Under the pieces are notes generated by a model. That model did no database searches. It was not told the origin of the DNA and was given only the letters and a program-made list of their open reading frames with translations. A stretch of 64,000 bases of DNA from Macrostomum lignano (lineage: Eukaryota). The stretch spans positions 62,001 to 126,000 of the forward strand of contig NIVC01002451.1 in assembly GCA_002269645.1 (NCBI GenBank). Direction: 5' to 3'. This document shows, piece after piece, positions 12,150 to 26,055 of this stretch; position 1 is the first letter of the stretch, and each line of letters begins with the position of its first letter. The position numbers and the translations under genes were made by a program.

Positions 12150-13734
12150 TACCCTATGAGCCAGAATAGCATGGCCAGAATACTCCATGATCCAGAATAG
12201 TATGGCAGGAATACCCCATGATCCAGAATAGTATGGCAAGAATACCCCATGATCCAGAATAGTATGGCAAGAATACCCCATGATCCAGAATAGTATGGCA
12301 AGAATACCCCATGATCCAGAATAGTATGGCAAGAATACCCCATGATCCAGAATAGTATGGCAAGAATACCCCATGATCCAGAATAGCATGGCCAGAATAC
12401 CCCATGATCCAGAATAGTATGGCAAGAATGCTCCATGATCCAGAATAGTATGGCAAGAATACTCTATATAATCCAGAATAGTATGGCAAGAATACTCTAT
12501 ATAATCCAGAATAGTATGGCAAGAATACTCTATATAATCCAGAATAGTATGGCAAGAATACTCTATATAATCCAGAATAGTATGGCAAGAATACTCTATA
12601 TAATCCAGAATAGTATGGCAAGAATACTCTATATAATCCAGAATAGTATGGCAAGAATACCCCATGATCCAGAATAGTATGGCAAGAATACCCCATGATC
12701 CAGAATAGTATGGCAAGAATACCCCATGATCCAGAATAGTATGGCAAGAATACCCCATGATCCAGAATAGTATGGCAAGAATACCCCATGATCCAGAATA
12801 GCATGGCCAGAATACCCCATGATCCAGAATAGTATGGCAAGAATGCTCCATGATCCAGAATAGTATGGCAAGAATACTCTATATAATCCAGAATAGTATG
12901 GCAAGAATACTCTATATAATCCAGAATAGTATGGCAAGAATACTCTATATAATCCAGAATAGTATGGCAAGAATACTCTATATAATCCAGAATAGTATGG
13001 AAAGAATACTCTATATAATCCAGAATAGTATGGAAAGAATACTCTATATAATCCAGAATAGTATGGAAAGAATACTCTATATAATCCAGAATAGTATGGC
13101 AAGAATACTCTATAATCCAGAATAGTATGGCAAGAATACTCTATAATCCAGAATAGTATGGCAAGAATACTCTATAATCCAGAATAGTATGGCAAGAATG
13201 CTCCATGATCCAGAATAGTATGGCAAGAATACCCCATGATCCAGAATAGTATGGCAAGAATACCCCATGATCCAGATTAGTATGGCAAGAATACCCCATG
13301 ATCCAGAATAGTATGGCAAGAATGCTCCATGATCCAGATTAGTATGGCAAGAATACCCCATGATCCAGATTAGTATGGCCAGAATACCCCATGATCCAGA
13401 ATAGTATGGCAAGAATACCCCATGATCCAGAATAGTATGGCAAGAATACCCCATGATCCAGAATAGTATGGCAAGAATACCCCATGATCCAGAATAGTTT
13501 GGCAAGAATACCCCATGATCCAGAATAGTATGGCAAGAATACCCCATGATCCAGAATAGTATGGCAAGAATACCCCATGATCCAGAATAGTATGGCAAGA
13601 ATACCCCATGATCCAGAATAGTATGGCAAGAATACCCCATGATCCAGAATAGTATGGCAAGAATACCCCATGATCCAGAATAGTATGGCAGGAATACCCC
13701 ATGATCCAGAATAGTATGGCAGGAATACCCCATG
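12150..13734. repeat. Minisatellite, 31-bp unit ATCCAGAATAGTATGGCAAGAATACCCCATG with blocks of a 33-bp variant
   Basis: About 50 tandem copies; source of the many periodic ORFs at 12050-13786. Confidence 0.95.
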
Positions 13735-15742
13735 CAACATAAAACAGTATGTCATTTACCCATACTACTAAGTTGGCATGCACCACGCATGAAAATAGGC
13801 GAAGGCAAAGGCCAGTATTTTAAGGATAAATAGACAGTCAACTCTAATTTATTTAGTTATTATGATTACTAATGTAGTCCTTTGGCGAGGCAAAATAAGA
13901 ATTATTCGGTACTAAACTATACAAATAAATTAGCGGGTTAGGAAAAGGAAATCATTAATGGATTAATTGATTATTGCTAAACTATGCTGCTGTCTATAGG
14001 TAGAGCGGCTACTACGTTAAGAAAGTTAAACTAAATTATAAATTATAACAAATTCTAACGGGCGCGAAAAAAGATGATTGGATGAACTATCATAAAAAAA
14101 TGTTTTCAAAAAATCACACACTCTGTTTAATAGATTATAATCATAATAGGGGGAAAGCGATTCATAAATAGATATTCTACATATATTATAAGCTACAACA
14201 TGAGCAGTGTGAGCACACTAGAGTTTTTCTACCAATTTAAATTATCTGTTCAACCCAACAAGCCGCTACTCAGAATTTGTTATTCGTAAGACATGCCAGC
14301 GGAGAGCCGATTTTTGAATAGAAAGAAATAAAAAAACACACAATATTACTTAGGAAAACACAACTTATACGAGTAGATTATATATACTACTAAAGACCAC
14401 AAGCCAATGAGTAGTGTATAAGAAAGTGCGATTTTTTGTTTAAAAATGGCTAATTGTTTTTATAATGAAAAAATGTTAAATTGAACAATTTTTTTGTTTT
14501 AATCGATGGATGTAAAATGAGGAAAATGTGTTTTTCGATAACAGAAGAGACAAAAAATGATTTTGATTTGTTATAAAAACAGTATTTAAATTTCACTGGT
14601 CAAATGTTCATCCGCTCGCTAGCGACAGTTTCTGCTTTAGAAACCTCAGTTTAGCGGGCACCGGGCAGTGTGGTCTGTTGAAATTTGTAGCTTATAATTG
14701 TTCTAATGATTGAATTAAATAGATCAAGATTAGTTAAGCCTCGTGCGTACATTTATGAGAACAGTAGATGAGTTACCAAGAAGAAGTTATTGAAAAAATG
14801 ACTTTACATAACAGTATTACAGCTTTTTTGTTTTAGTCTGAGACAGACAAAAATTGAAGGCAACTCCGCTTGGCAATGTCTTTCAAAAGTATCCTCAATA
14901 ATCTTATTAACACCTGTAATTTTGTCTAGAGAGAATTCCAACCTGTGCTCACAACTGAAGTTGTTTAAAAAACGAACAAAAAACACACAACAGAAGAAAA
15001 TTTGCAAATCCTACAGATATTTACTAATTAGTAAGGTGAATAAATAATCACCATTATATGATACGCACTCTAGCTATAATCTACGAGTATGAAATCTAAG
15101 CAAAACAACTAAAGCTAAAATGTGCCAATCAAAAGGTTGACAGGCAAGCAGGAAATAAAAAAGCAACACTATGGATGAAATATGAAAGATAGAAACTATT
15201 GTATGAGCGTAGTTATACGCGATAAACACATGGGGGGAAGCAAGGCTCAAGTTAGGATGCCGTATAGACATGACCAATTACATTTTTGTAAAAATTCATA
15301 TCCTAAAAAGCTATTTTTCGAAAATTTTATTGAACTAAACTACAAGTATATATTCATTAGTACAAGGAGAGGTGGTAAGACACGTGGTGCTCCTATAGAT
15401 TTCAGACTGTGAGTTGATAGGTTAGCAAGTTTTAGAATTAGAGAAAAAAACCACAGATCCTAAAACACTCGATTGGTCCCGATTTATGCTACTTTCTTTA
15501 GTCTATAGCAGCATATAGAGTGCAAATAGCTGTCGGATTTTGCGACGAGACCTCAGACTTGTCACAGTTAGAGCAGGAAGCTCGTTGGACCACGCTGGTT
15601 TTAGTATCTGTGATGAAAAAAACACTAATTGAAATTACTTTTATAGGGCCAAGTAGAGGCGCTAAAGTTCAAAACTGAAAAAGTGTTCTATTCTACCGCA
15701 AAGCGTCAATTTCTAGCCGACAAAAAAGAGCTTGTCGTCCTT

Positions 15743-18700
15743 TTACTTCGCCCCTTTCTTGTTGCCAGCGGCGGCAACAGCGGCTGCGGCAGCTTCGTCG
15801 CTAAGCGGCTTCTCGTGCGGGGCCGGCAGCTTAATGCCGTGCGGATCAACGCCCCAGATGTCCTTGGCGTACTCCATGATGGTGCGATCAGACGAGAACT
15901 TGCCAGACGCGGCAATATTGAGCAGGCTCATTTTCGCCCACTTGTTCGTGTCCTGTCGGTGATTGGTGTTTTTGGTTGGGAACTAAATCGTGTATGATTT
16001 ACAGTACATACTACTTCTCTTGTAAACAAGAAGTAATGTATAGCGAAAGTGGAATTTGCACAATTGATGCAACATAGACGTTAAAAGATATCAAAAACAG
16101 CCCATTTAATTTCTATTTACTGGCACTGGAATCTGGTTCCGTTGTGCCTGTCCATATGCTAGATAAACAAGATCACAACTGTATCAAGACACAAAAATAC
16201 AAACACACATAAACAGTATTATCACTATATCAGCAGTAGAAAAGACAATTGTGTACTTTAAAAAGTAGCGTGGAGCCATGCAAACGTTAAATGTCGTGAA
16301 AGGCTGTTCGTTGGCTTGCAGGTACAGATAGAGAGAGAGAGGAGAGAGATAGAGGGGAGGAGGAGCGAGAAAATAGAGCGCTGGCTGTATGTACTGTTTA
16401 AGCTACAGTCGAGGTAAACTGCATTAGCCTAGACAAGCAATGAATTCAGTCTGCGATGCCACCCGTAGGCTTGGCAGAATAGAATAAGAAGAATATAAGA
16501 GAGAGAATTTGCAATGTTTTGGAATTATGAGAGCAAAAAATAAGCATTGCATACAGCACTATAAACTGCTGATGGCTGACATGTTAGGGTACCTGGCTGG
16601 ATAAGATGAGACTAAAACACATGCGTCGTACAGTGCGCACTAGTAATGAATGAACCGCAACTTGTGTGAATTTGTCATTTGTAGGCTTTTTATTAGCAAC
16701 ATTAACCAACTCTAGCCATAACTATTTACTCTCTCCTCGCCGGTCTAAGCTGGGGCATTGCCGACCCCCAGTTGAGACGAGAAGAACCACTGGCTTAGTG
16801 TGAATTGCGTCACTTGGGGCTGAGATCTGAGCAAATTTGACCACTGGTTTCGAGGTGGAAACTTTAACAGGTTGCCGAGTGTACACAGTAACTATCTGTG
16901 TTTAAAAGCATAACAGGGTCTCCAGTTAGCCAATATATGGTTTTGGCAGTCAAACAGTTCAATAATCATGAAGGGATGTACTTAATGACCTTGAAGGGGT
17001 ACTCAGCTACTATGAAGGTGTACTCAATCATCATGAAGATGTACTTGTTTATCATGAAGGGTACTCAATGATCATGAAGAGGGAGTCAATGATCATGAAG
17101 GGTACTCAATGATCATGAAGGGGCACTCAATGATCATGAAGGGACGAAACAGGATGCGTTAGAACTCACCATGTAGGCGGCGGACACCTCTTCCTGAGCC
17201 CGCATATAGTCCTCATAGTCGGCCAGGAGCATGAAGCGATCGTGGTTCACCAAATTGTTGTAAATTTCTTGAAACAAAGCAGGATTCTCCGGCGAGAAAG
17301 CGCCATCCCGGATCATGTCCAGGCAGCGGCGCAGCTCGCCATTCTTCTCGTAGTACTCACGCGGTTTATAGCCGCGCTGGCCTAGCTCCTTGACTTGATC
17401 AACTGACATGCCGAATACGAACATATTCTCGCGGCCCATCTCTTCGCACATTTCAACATTGGCGCCGTCCATTGTGCCAATAGTCAGGGCTCCGTTTAGC
17501 ATGAATTTCATGTTGCCGGTGCCAGAAGCCTCGGTGCCGGCCGTGCTAATCTGCTGGGACAGATCGGCTGCCGGGAAGATCTTCTCGGCCAGACTGACTC
17601 GATAGTTTTCTAGGTATACAACCCGAAGTCGCTTGCCAACAATGGGATCGTTGTTGACGACCCGGCCGACCGAATTGATGAGCTTGATGATCAGCTTGGC
17701 CATGTGGTAGCCTGGAGCGGCCTTGCCGCCGATCATGACAGTCCTGGGCGCGTGCTTGCCCTGCGGATTGTCTCTGATGCGATTGTACTGCGTGATCACG
17801 TACAGGCAGTTGAGCAGCTGGCGCTTGTACTCGTGAATGCGCTTCACCTGCGAATTAAGGGCGGCGGATGAGGCATCAAATGCTGCTGAGATTCTCAAGG
17901 GTTTCAAGGGAATTTCCAGGATCAACTATGGCTTCTACGGGAATTTCTATGATTGATTATGGCTTCATGGATATTTCTATGATCGATTATGGGGTTATGG
18001 CTTCATGGATATTTCTATGATTGATTATGGCTTCTACGGGAATTTCTATGATTGATTATGGCTTCTATGGGAATTTCTATGATTGATTATGGCTTCTACG
18101 GGAATTTCTATGATTGATTATGGCTTCTACGGGAATTTCTATGATTGATTATGGCTTCTACGGGAATTTCTATGATTGATTATGGCTTCTATGGGAATTT
18201 CTATGATTGATTATGGCTTCATGGATATTTCTGGGATCGACTAGGGCTTTAGTGGAATTTCTGGGATCCACTAGGGCTTCAGGGAAATTGGTGAGATAAG
18301 CTAAAACTTCAGCGTTCTCAGGAGATTGGTTTCCAAGTTTCCAATTGTTTTGTCTATAAATAACAAGATTTATAGAACAGGGAACTTGAGCACATTGAGA
18401 ACAAATGGCGGCTATAAGATTATAAGTAAAACAAACCTGTATGTCAAACATGCTCGAAGGGTCGACCTTGATCTTGAACTCGCGGTCAATATATTCGGCA
18501 AACTTGCGCTTATTCTGATCCTTAACCTTCATTAGTTCGCGCAAGAAATTCTGATCATTTTGCAGCGACTCCAGGCCGCGCAGTTTGAACAGATCGGTGA
18601 CCCAGTCGAATCCAATCTTCTCAGTGATAAGCTCAGATAGGTTGGGGTTGCACAGCAGTAGCCAACGCCTAGGCGTGATTCCGTTAGTCTTGTTCTGAAA

Positions 18701-21700
18701 CTTCTCTGGCCACATGGCGTAGAAATCGCGGAACACGTCAGATTTGATGAGCTCAGAGTGGATCCGGGCAACGCCATTCACAGCGTGGCTGCCAACCACG
18801 CACAGGTAGGCCATGTTGATGCGCTTGTCGCCGTCCTCCTCAACTAGGCTCATCCGGCGAACGCGGTCCATGTCGCCGGGGAATTTTTCCAGCACAAGAT
18901 GGATGAAGCGCTGGTTGATATCGTAGATAATCTCCAGGTGACGGGGCAGGCAGTACTGCAGGGTGGCAACTGGCCAGCGCTCCAGAGCCTCGGGCAGGAT
19001 AGTGTGATTAGTATAGGCGAAGGTCTTCACGCAGATGTCCCAGGCCTCCTCCCATTTCAGGCCTTCAATGTCAACAAGCACCCGCATGAGCTCGGGTATG
19101 GCCAGGCTGGGATGCGTGTCATTCAGCTGGATGGCCACCTTGTCCGGGAAGGCGGTAAAGTCCGTGCGCACGTGAGCGGTTGAGCCAAATTTCGAGGCCT
19201 TGAATCGGCGAATGATGTCCTGCAGGGTGGAGGCGACTAAGAAGTACTCCTGTTTGAGACGGAGCTCCTTGCCTTCGAAGAAGTTATCGTTTGGATAGAG
19301 CACTCGGCTGATGTTCTCGGCTTCGTTGCGGTCGCACACGGCCGAGATGTACTCACCGGAGTTAAATGAGTGCAGATTGAAGCTCTGCGGAGCTTTGGCT
19401 GTCCACAGGCGCAGCGTGTTGCAGTTGTTATTGCCGTAGCTGGGAGGGGTGGAGGGCATTTATTATTAGCCAATCAGTTTTTATCACCAAGGATTTCTAA
19501 AGTATTCAGATTTTACTTAGGGAGTCAATGGGTTTTTTGTTAGTCAATGTACTGAGGGAATTTATCAGATATAGTCAAGGAACCAAGGGGAATTTATCAG
19601 ATATAGTCAAGGAACCAAGGGGAATTTATCAGATATAGTCAAGGAACCAAGGGGAATTGATCAGATATAGTCAAGGAACCAAGGGGAATTGATCAGATAT
19701 AGTCAAGGAACCAAGGGGAATTGATCAGATATTGTCAAGGAACCAAGGGGAATTAATCAGATATAGTCAAAAGGAACCGAGGGGAATTGATCAGATATTG
19801 TCAAGGAACCAAGGGGAATTAATCAGATATAGTCAAAAGGAACCGAGGGGAATTGATCAGATATAGTCAAGGAACCAAGGGGAATTGATCAGATATAGTC
19901 AAGGAACCAAGGGGAATTGATCAGATATAGTCAAAAGGAACCAAGGGGAATTGATCAGATATAGTCAAAAGGAACCAAGGGGAATTGATCAGATATAGTC
20001 AAAAGGAACCGAGGGGAATTGATCAGATATAGTCAAGGAACCAAGGGGAATTGATCAGATATAGTCAAGGAACCAAGGGGAATTGATCAGATATAGTCAA
20101 GGAACCAAGGGGAATTGATCAGATATAGTCAAAAGGAACCAAGGGGAATTGATCAGATATAGTCAAGGAACCAAGGGGAATTGATCAGATATAGTCAAGG
20201 AACCAAGGGGAATTGATCAGATATAGTCAAGGAACCAAGGGGAATTGATCAGATATAGTCAAGGAACCAAGGGGAATTGATCAGATATAGTCAAGGAACC
20301 GAGGGGAATTGATCAGATATAGTCAAGGAACCAAGGGGAATTGATCAGATATAGTCAAGGAACCGAGGGGAATCGATCAGATATAGTCAAGGAACCAAGG
20401 GGAATTGATCAGATATAGTCAAGGAACCAAGGGGAATTGATCAGATATAGTCAAGGAACTGGGGGGGGGGGGAATTTATGCGTGTTTTAACGCATCAATC
20501 TGCACCAGAATGAGTAAATAAAACAAGCAGGGTTCCAAACTCACCCAGGCACAGGCGTATCGTAGGGCATAGCAAAGATGACCTGGGTGTCCACCCACTT
20601 CTTGGCACCGTTGCGCGCAGTCTCCACTCGGCCATAGAAATTCACAGGCAGCAGGTACTCAGGCCGGGCCTTCTCCCACGGATTTCCGAATCTCAGCCAG
20701 TCGTCTGGCTCTTCGACTTGCCAACCGTCGGCAATCTTCTGCTGGAAGATGCCATAGTCGTAGCGAATGCCATAGCCATAGGCGGCCAGGCCCAAGGTGG
20801 CCATGGAGTCCAGGAAGCAGGCGGCCAGCCGGCCGAGACCGCCATTGCCCAGCCCGGCGTCCTCTTCAATCTCTTCGAGTTCCTCGAGCTCGAGGCCCAG
20901 TTGATAGAGCGACTCGTCAATGGCCTGGGTCAGGCCCAGATTAGTCATGGTGTTGGTCAGGGTGCGGCCCATGTAGAACTCCATGGACAGGTAGTAGATG
21001 CGCTGATTATGGGGTAAGGAAAAGTTTTTAGCTGTTACATTTTTTAGAATTAATTACCTTTTTAATAAAGTCACCATTTATATAGACTTTCCCTAGGGTA
21101 GAGCTTTAATCTGCTAGCCAATCTAGGCACTAGCTAGTATGAATTGTGGTAGACCAAGACTAAATGACAAAATTAATAACTTTTTGGACCCTATTTTTGA
21201 TGGCAAAGGTTTTTACCCTATCCATAGAAGTTGCATAGCCTGTGTAATTTAATGACTATACAGATATGACATAATAGCTTCCTACTCTAGTGTTGTAAGT
21301 GCTTAATTGTCTATTCAATTTATCATTGTCTTCTAAAAATAAATGGGAACTAATATAGAACTTACTAGAAAAAAAGTAAGTAAAAAAGCAAACTAAGAAA
21401 AAAATATATAGAAAAAACTAATGCTCAGGACTTCTGATGAGGGTTTCATGACTTTATAATGTGAATGGAAGGCAACTTTGAGGAAAAGTAGGTTTTTTGC
21501 AAATGCATAACTTTGCAATATAGTTATACAGATAGAATAGCAAATACAAACTAGAAAAAGAGAAGAATATTTTGTCAAATAAAAAACCTTTCAAAATTTA
21601 TATACTCGTAGTTATCAAGTTGGGAGTACAACGTTTGCTTGCGGGAATTTTGCTTGCCGAACTTTGCTTGCAGGAATTTTGCTTGCCGAAGTTTGCTTGC

Positions 21701-24208
21701 CGAACTTTGCTTGCGGAATTTTGCTTGCCGATGTTTGCTTGCCAAACTTTGCTTGCCGAATTTTGCCTGCCGAAGTCTGCTTGCCAAAGTTTGCTTGTGG
21801 AATTTTGCTTGCCGAAGTCTGCTTGCCGAACTTTGCTTGCAGGAAATTTGCTTGCAGGAATTTTGCTTGCCAAGGTTTGCTTGCGGAATTTTGCTTGCCG
21901 AAGTTTATGGCAAAGTAATGCTAACAAAGACTAAGCAAATATACATATTTTTATACTTGTATTTTTATTATACTATCACTATTAGTTTGTAATTATAAGC
22001 AGAGCATCAGTAGCAGATCCAGAAAATTTTGAACAGGGGGGCGCAGACTACTAAGGTACATATATATTCATATCATGTACAAGTATATGTACATGATAAT
22101 GTGTATTTTCCATATAAAAAATCAAAAAAATCAAACTCAATAGGGGGTGCACCCTGTGCGTCCCCTCCAAATCCGCTACTGCAGAGCATTGGGTATCCTA
22201 ACGAATCAACAATTCACAGATCAGTGGTACATGCTATATATGGAAAATCTATTCTGTACATTTTGCTGCCTAAATCATTCGACATGTATTGTTATCCAAT
22301 TTTTGTTGAAATATATTCCCAGTAAAAAACCTGAAATTTTATATTTCTGCATTGCGGCTTTTGAAATCTACCATATTCTTATACAAAATGAAAATTAGAA
22401 ATAAAAGAGCTCAAAAATTGGTTCTTTACGGTTCCGCTAAAAAAACTTTGGATAGCGAACCTTGATCAGCAAGCAAATTTCTTGCAAGCAAAGTTTGGCA
22501 AGCAAACTTCGGCAAGCAAAGTTTGGCAAGCAAACTTTGGCAAGCAAATTTCTTGCAAGCAAATTTTATAGACCCAGCAAGTTATGTTTTAAGCTGATAA
22601 AAAAGTCCCTAATTATCCCCTTGCTTGTTTCACCTATTCCAAGTCCAATTTTAATTCCTTTTTTGTTAAACCTAGCTTCTTGGTATCACAACAACTATGA
22701 GCAAAATGATATTTATTATTTCATTTATCATATATATATCATTTTAAATGATATTAAAAAGTATTTAATTTTTATACCTAGGTTACTTAGGCTCCACTTT
22801 ATGAACTTAAGTTGACAAGCCCTTTGTAACAATCTAATCAAATTTGATAAAAATAAAGAAAGAACAATTATATATTGACCCTAGCCTAATCTTATTAATT
22901 CTTCTAATACAATTAGATTACAATCTACAATGCGATAATACAATCCCATGGCATATGTAGAAGATAGGGCAGCTATCTCGTCAGTATGCCATGCAGATAA
23001 GCAGAAAATTATTCCTACGGTACCATAGGGATAAGCACTGCCTTTTTTCAATCAAAGGTCATATCTTATGAGCTTTAGTATAAAATAATTGTAATTCCTT
23101 TGTAGCTAAAAATACTACAAGTATATTATTAAATGCATTGAAAAACAAAAACAAAGTCTAAAATGCATATAGATATATAAAAAATACTTGTTGCCAAACT
23201 TGCTTTTTTGAATTTGTCCATATTAATTTTCTGTTGCCAAATTTATTAGTTGCAGAAATCTAGGTTTATTTTTTATGTGTAGAGTATGTGTATACACCCT
23301 AAATTTAAAAATTGCACCTAGAAATTGAAAGTGGGTGCAGTTAAATGCAATCTCATAACCTAGGCCTATTTTTCCTTTAAAGCCTTATTTGCACTGCATT
23401 TATTGTTTTATATAATAAAAAGAGAAATTGCACTTTGAGCCTTAAATTTGCACCCTGAAAGTGAGCATAAGCGATTTTGTACCTCGTCTCTGGCAAGAAA
23501 GAAAACCCTGGCAGAAATTGTCTGCATCCATATTGCCAATATAGGGCCTATTATAGTATTAAATTACAAATACCTTTATTGAAATTATTTATAACTTTTA
23601 TAGTAGTCGATAAAATGTACTGTAATAAAATAGTATAATAATAGGTTATAACAAACTACTTAATCTTGAGTGGACTACTCGAAAATTGTTGAATGTTGTT
23701 ACTACTTGACTCAAGCAGTCGCGCAACCAGGGGGTGTCGGCGGTCGCCCCCCCCCCTCCTAGGCGCAGACCAAAAAAATCAAAGGGTGGTTACAAGCAAA
23801 TTTTCGCCAAAATACAGAGCTGCATTCCCACCGCCCCTCTTTGGGTCCTTACCCTCCAGAATCCCCCCCCCCAACAAATTTCTGGTTGCGCTACTGGACT
23901 CAAGCTCGGCTCCAAAACCTAGGCTTATAGACAACGTAGAAAACATAGACAACAATGAAATTTACCTTAGGATCCTGATCATAGTAGAACTGCTGAGTTC
24001 TAATCCACCGACTGACAAGATGATCCCAAACGGTGTGGGCCAATGAAAGGTAAAAGTCTCTCGGTGTAGCAACATTGCGATCTTTAACCAACGTGAAATG
24101 AAGGTGCCGGTTGAATGTCTTCTTAATATTCGCCACATTTTCTACCTCAGCAATGCCACGTACACTTATGGCACCCTTTCTTTTATCAGAGTCCGTCAGA
24201 GGGTTCAT
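15743..24208 (-). CDS. PYG: Glycogen phosphorylase, 863 aa, 5 exons
   Basis: Exons 24208-23966, 21002-20545, 19439-18437, 17847-17170 and 15952-15743 total 2592 nt in frame. Motifs [89 protein letters not shown] and GKFSSDRTI. Confidence 0.98.
16965..17140. repeat. Intronic minisatellite, 20-bp unit TCATGAAGGGTACTCAATGA
   Basis: Degenerate tandem copies in PYG intron 4. Confidence 0.85.
17905..18290. repeat. Intronic minisatellite, 31-bp unit TATGGCTTCTACGGGAATTTCTATGATTGAT
   Basis: Tandem copies in PYG intron 3. Confidence 0.9.
19556..20459. repeat. Intronic minisatellite, 32-bp unit GATCAGATATAGTCAAGGAACCAAGGGGAATT with a 34-bp variant
   Basis: Tandem copies in PYG intron 2. Confidence 0.95.
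21628..21905 (+). repeat. Array of a ~14-bp unit, TTTGCTTGC core
   Basis: Tandem copies in PYG intron 1; an inverted counterpart lies at 22467-22562. Confidence 0.9.
22008..22181. mobile_element. MITE, 174 bp, hAT-type
   Basis: TIRs CAGTAGCAGAT / ATCCGCTACTG; perfect 8-bp TSD CAGAGCAT at 22000-22007 and 22182-22189. Confidence 0.9.
22467..22562 (-). repeat. Inverted copy of the TTTGCTTGC array (GCAAGCAAA units)
   Basis: Its reverse complement matches units within 21628-21905. Confidence 0.85.
23716..23896. mobile_element. MITE, 181 bp, hAT-type
   Basis: 15-bp TIRs CAGTCGCGCAACCAG / CTGGTTGCGCTACTG (14/15); perfect 8-bp TSD GACTCAAG at 23708-23715 and 23897-23904. Confidence 0.92.
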
Positions 24209-25020
24209 GACAATTGATAATCTGATAGTCGCCAAACAGGTCTAAAAAAACAATTGCAAGCGACTGGGCTTAAATTTTCTATTATTCTGTTTGTTAAATG
24301 TGCGCGTTTTTAGTTTCCTTTGAACGTTTTAAACCCTAAAAAATTAAAACAAAGTTTTTACATTAATGTAAATTCGTTAATAAAATAAGGTACAATTCAG
24401 AAAAAAAATACATGTTTATTTTAATGAGAAAGCTAATTAAAAGTTTATCTTAAATACAATTGAAGGAAGCTTTTCATGAAGATTTTACCCTCTAGGCCGG
24501 AAAATCAATTAGAAATGCAACGCATCATTCGATCTACTACTGCTCTCTGTTTTTAGTATACTACATTTGGTAGGAACTGATTATGGGAGAGGAGGAAATG
24601 ATCCTGTTGAAACACTTCAAATTCTAGAGTTTATTAAAAACGAGCAGAAGTAATCAATAAAAGACTATGCTGGTCGAGTAAATGTATGAGATGAACCATT
24701 TATTATAAGCAATTTTAGACCGATCCACAGCTAACTTTCGGCGCTACCTGACCCGGTGGCCGCCTTTGGTAGAGATACTGTACACTGACAATTTGAGACC
24801 GGCTATTTCTTTCGCCGGCTTGGGGCTTCATTTGGAACAGTGCCCTGGAGATGAAAGGGATTCTTGGAGCCCTCAATAGGGTGCAAGGCTGCGCTTGTCA
24901 AGCTATCATGAGCGCGACTCCTTCTTACGCCTTTAGCTGGCATACTCATTATTGGACTTTCCCCCCGACCTCTGTCAGAGTAGGCCCACCCGCCGTCTCT
25001 CTCGGATCTCTCTCGGATTA

Positions 25021-26055
25021 TTTTTTTAAACAGACAGGGGTCACAGCAGGGGTCCAGCGAAGCACCCGCTTATGGAAAACAGCTGAGTCCAGCCCAGTTG
25101 CAGACTGAGGGGTAAGGCCCAGAGCCTGCAAGTCAGTGAGAAAAGTGTCGATCAGAGTGATGCAGCGCTCCTGGCCCCGGCGGCGTCTCCCACAAGGTCG
25201 CAGGTCGGCAAGCGGGGGCCCCAGTGCCCCGTGTGTAGGCCCACAGGCAGTGGCCGATCAACATCTGGCGTCACCTCTGCAGGGTGCGGCCCAGGAGAGG
25301 CACGCGCGCTGGCGCGCGGGCTGTCAGCTCGGCGTTGCTCACGCGCTCAGGGAACCAGATGCCCAGGGCATTGCGCAGGAGGCAGGCCTCCAAGCTCGCC
25401 TCACGAGTGGCAGTCATGGGAACAGCTTCCAGCTCATATAGGTCAGCACCGTCTCAACTGCCGAGCGGAAGAGGGCGACCTTCAGGCTGTCGGTGGCGAG
25501 CCGGCAGTTGAAGATGGAGCGGAGAAGGTGGGAGGCCCGCCACGCCAGCTACTTGCGGTTGTTGACAATGGAATCCGGGTCAGTGACCAGGACGCCCAGA
25601 TACTTGAACTGGTTGCACGGTGCGATGGTTTGCCGTCCTGTCGAAGCAGCGGAGGAAATTTGGAAATGCCAACATGCAGCACCTCTGTCTTGCCGTAGTT
25701 GATGTGGAGCCCCACGCGCTTTCCCGACTCGGCGCCCTCTGCGCAGCTTCGGGGTTGCAGCAGGTCAGCGCCAAGTTGTCGGCGTAGGCGAGGCAGGTCA
25801 GCTTGACACAGGGAAAGTGGGAGCTGCGGCGAGGCACCACTTTATATCTGTCTTCGTCGCGCAGAGCCAGCCGCATGACGTAGTCGATCAGGATAACGAA
25901 TAGAAACGGTGATAGGGTGTCGCCTTGCAGGACCCCGGAGGTGGTGGCATATTCAGATGTAGGGCCGTGGTCAGTCTGGACAAAAGCCTTGGACGAGCTG
26001 TAGAAGTCCATGATCGCCTGAACCAGCAGCTGAGGAACTCCATGCTGCTGGATGC
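25021..26055 (-). mobile_element. 5'-truncated, frameshifted non-LTR retrotransposon (RTE-like reverse transcriptase)
   Basis: GVLQGDTLSPFLFVILIDYVM, LAYADN (decayed YADD), GLHINYGKTEV and FKYLGV across shifted frames; a short A-run near 25021 may be the 3' end. Confidence 0.8.

Noticed and set aside
12050-13786. Many periodic ORFs (YSCHTILDHGVF, IQNSMARILY)
   Set aside because: Translations of the 31/33-bp repeat
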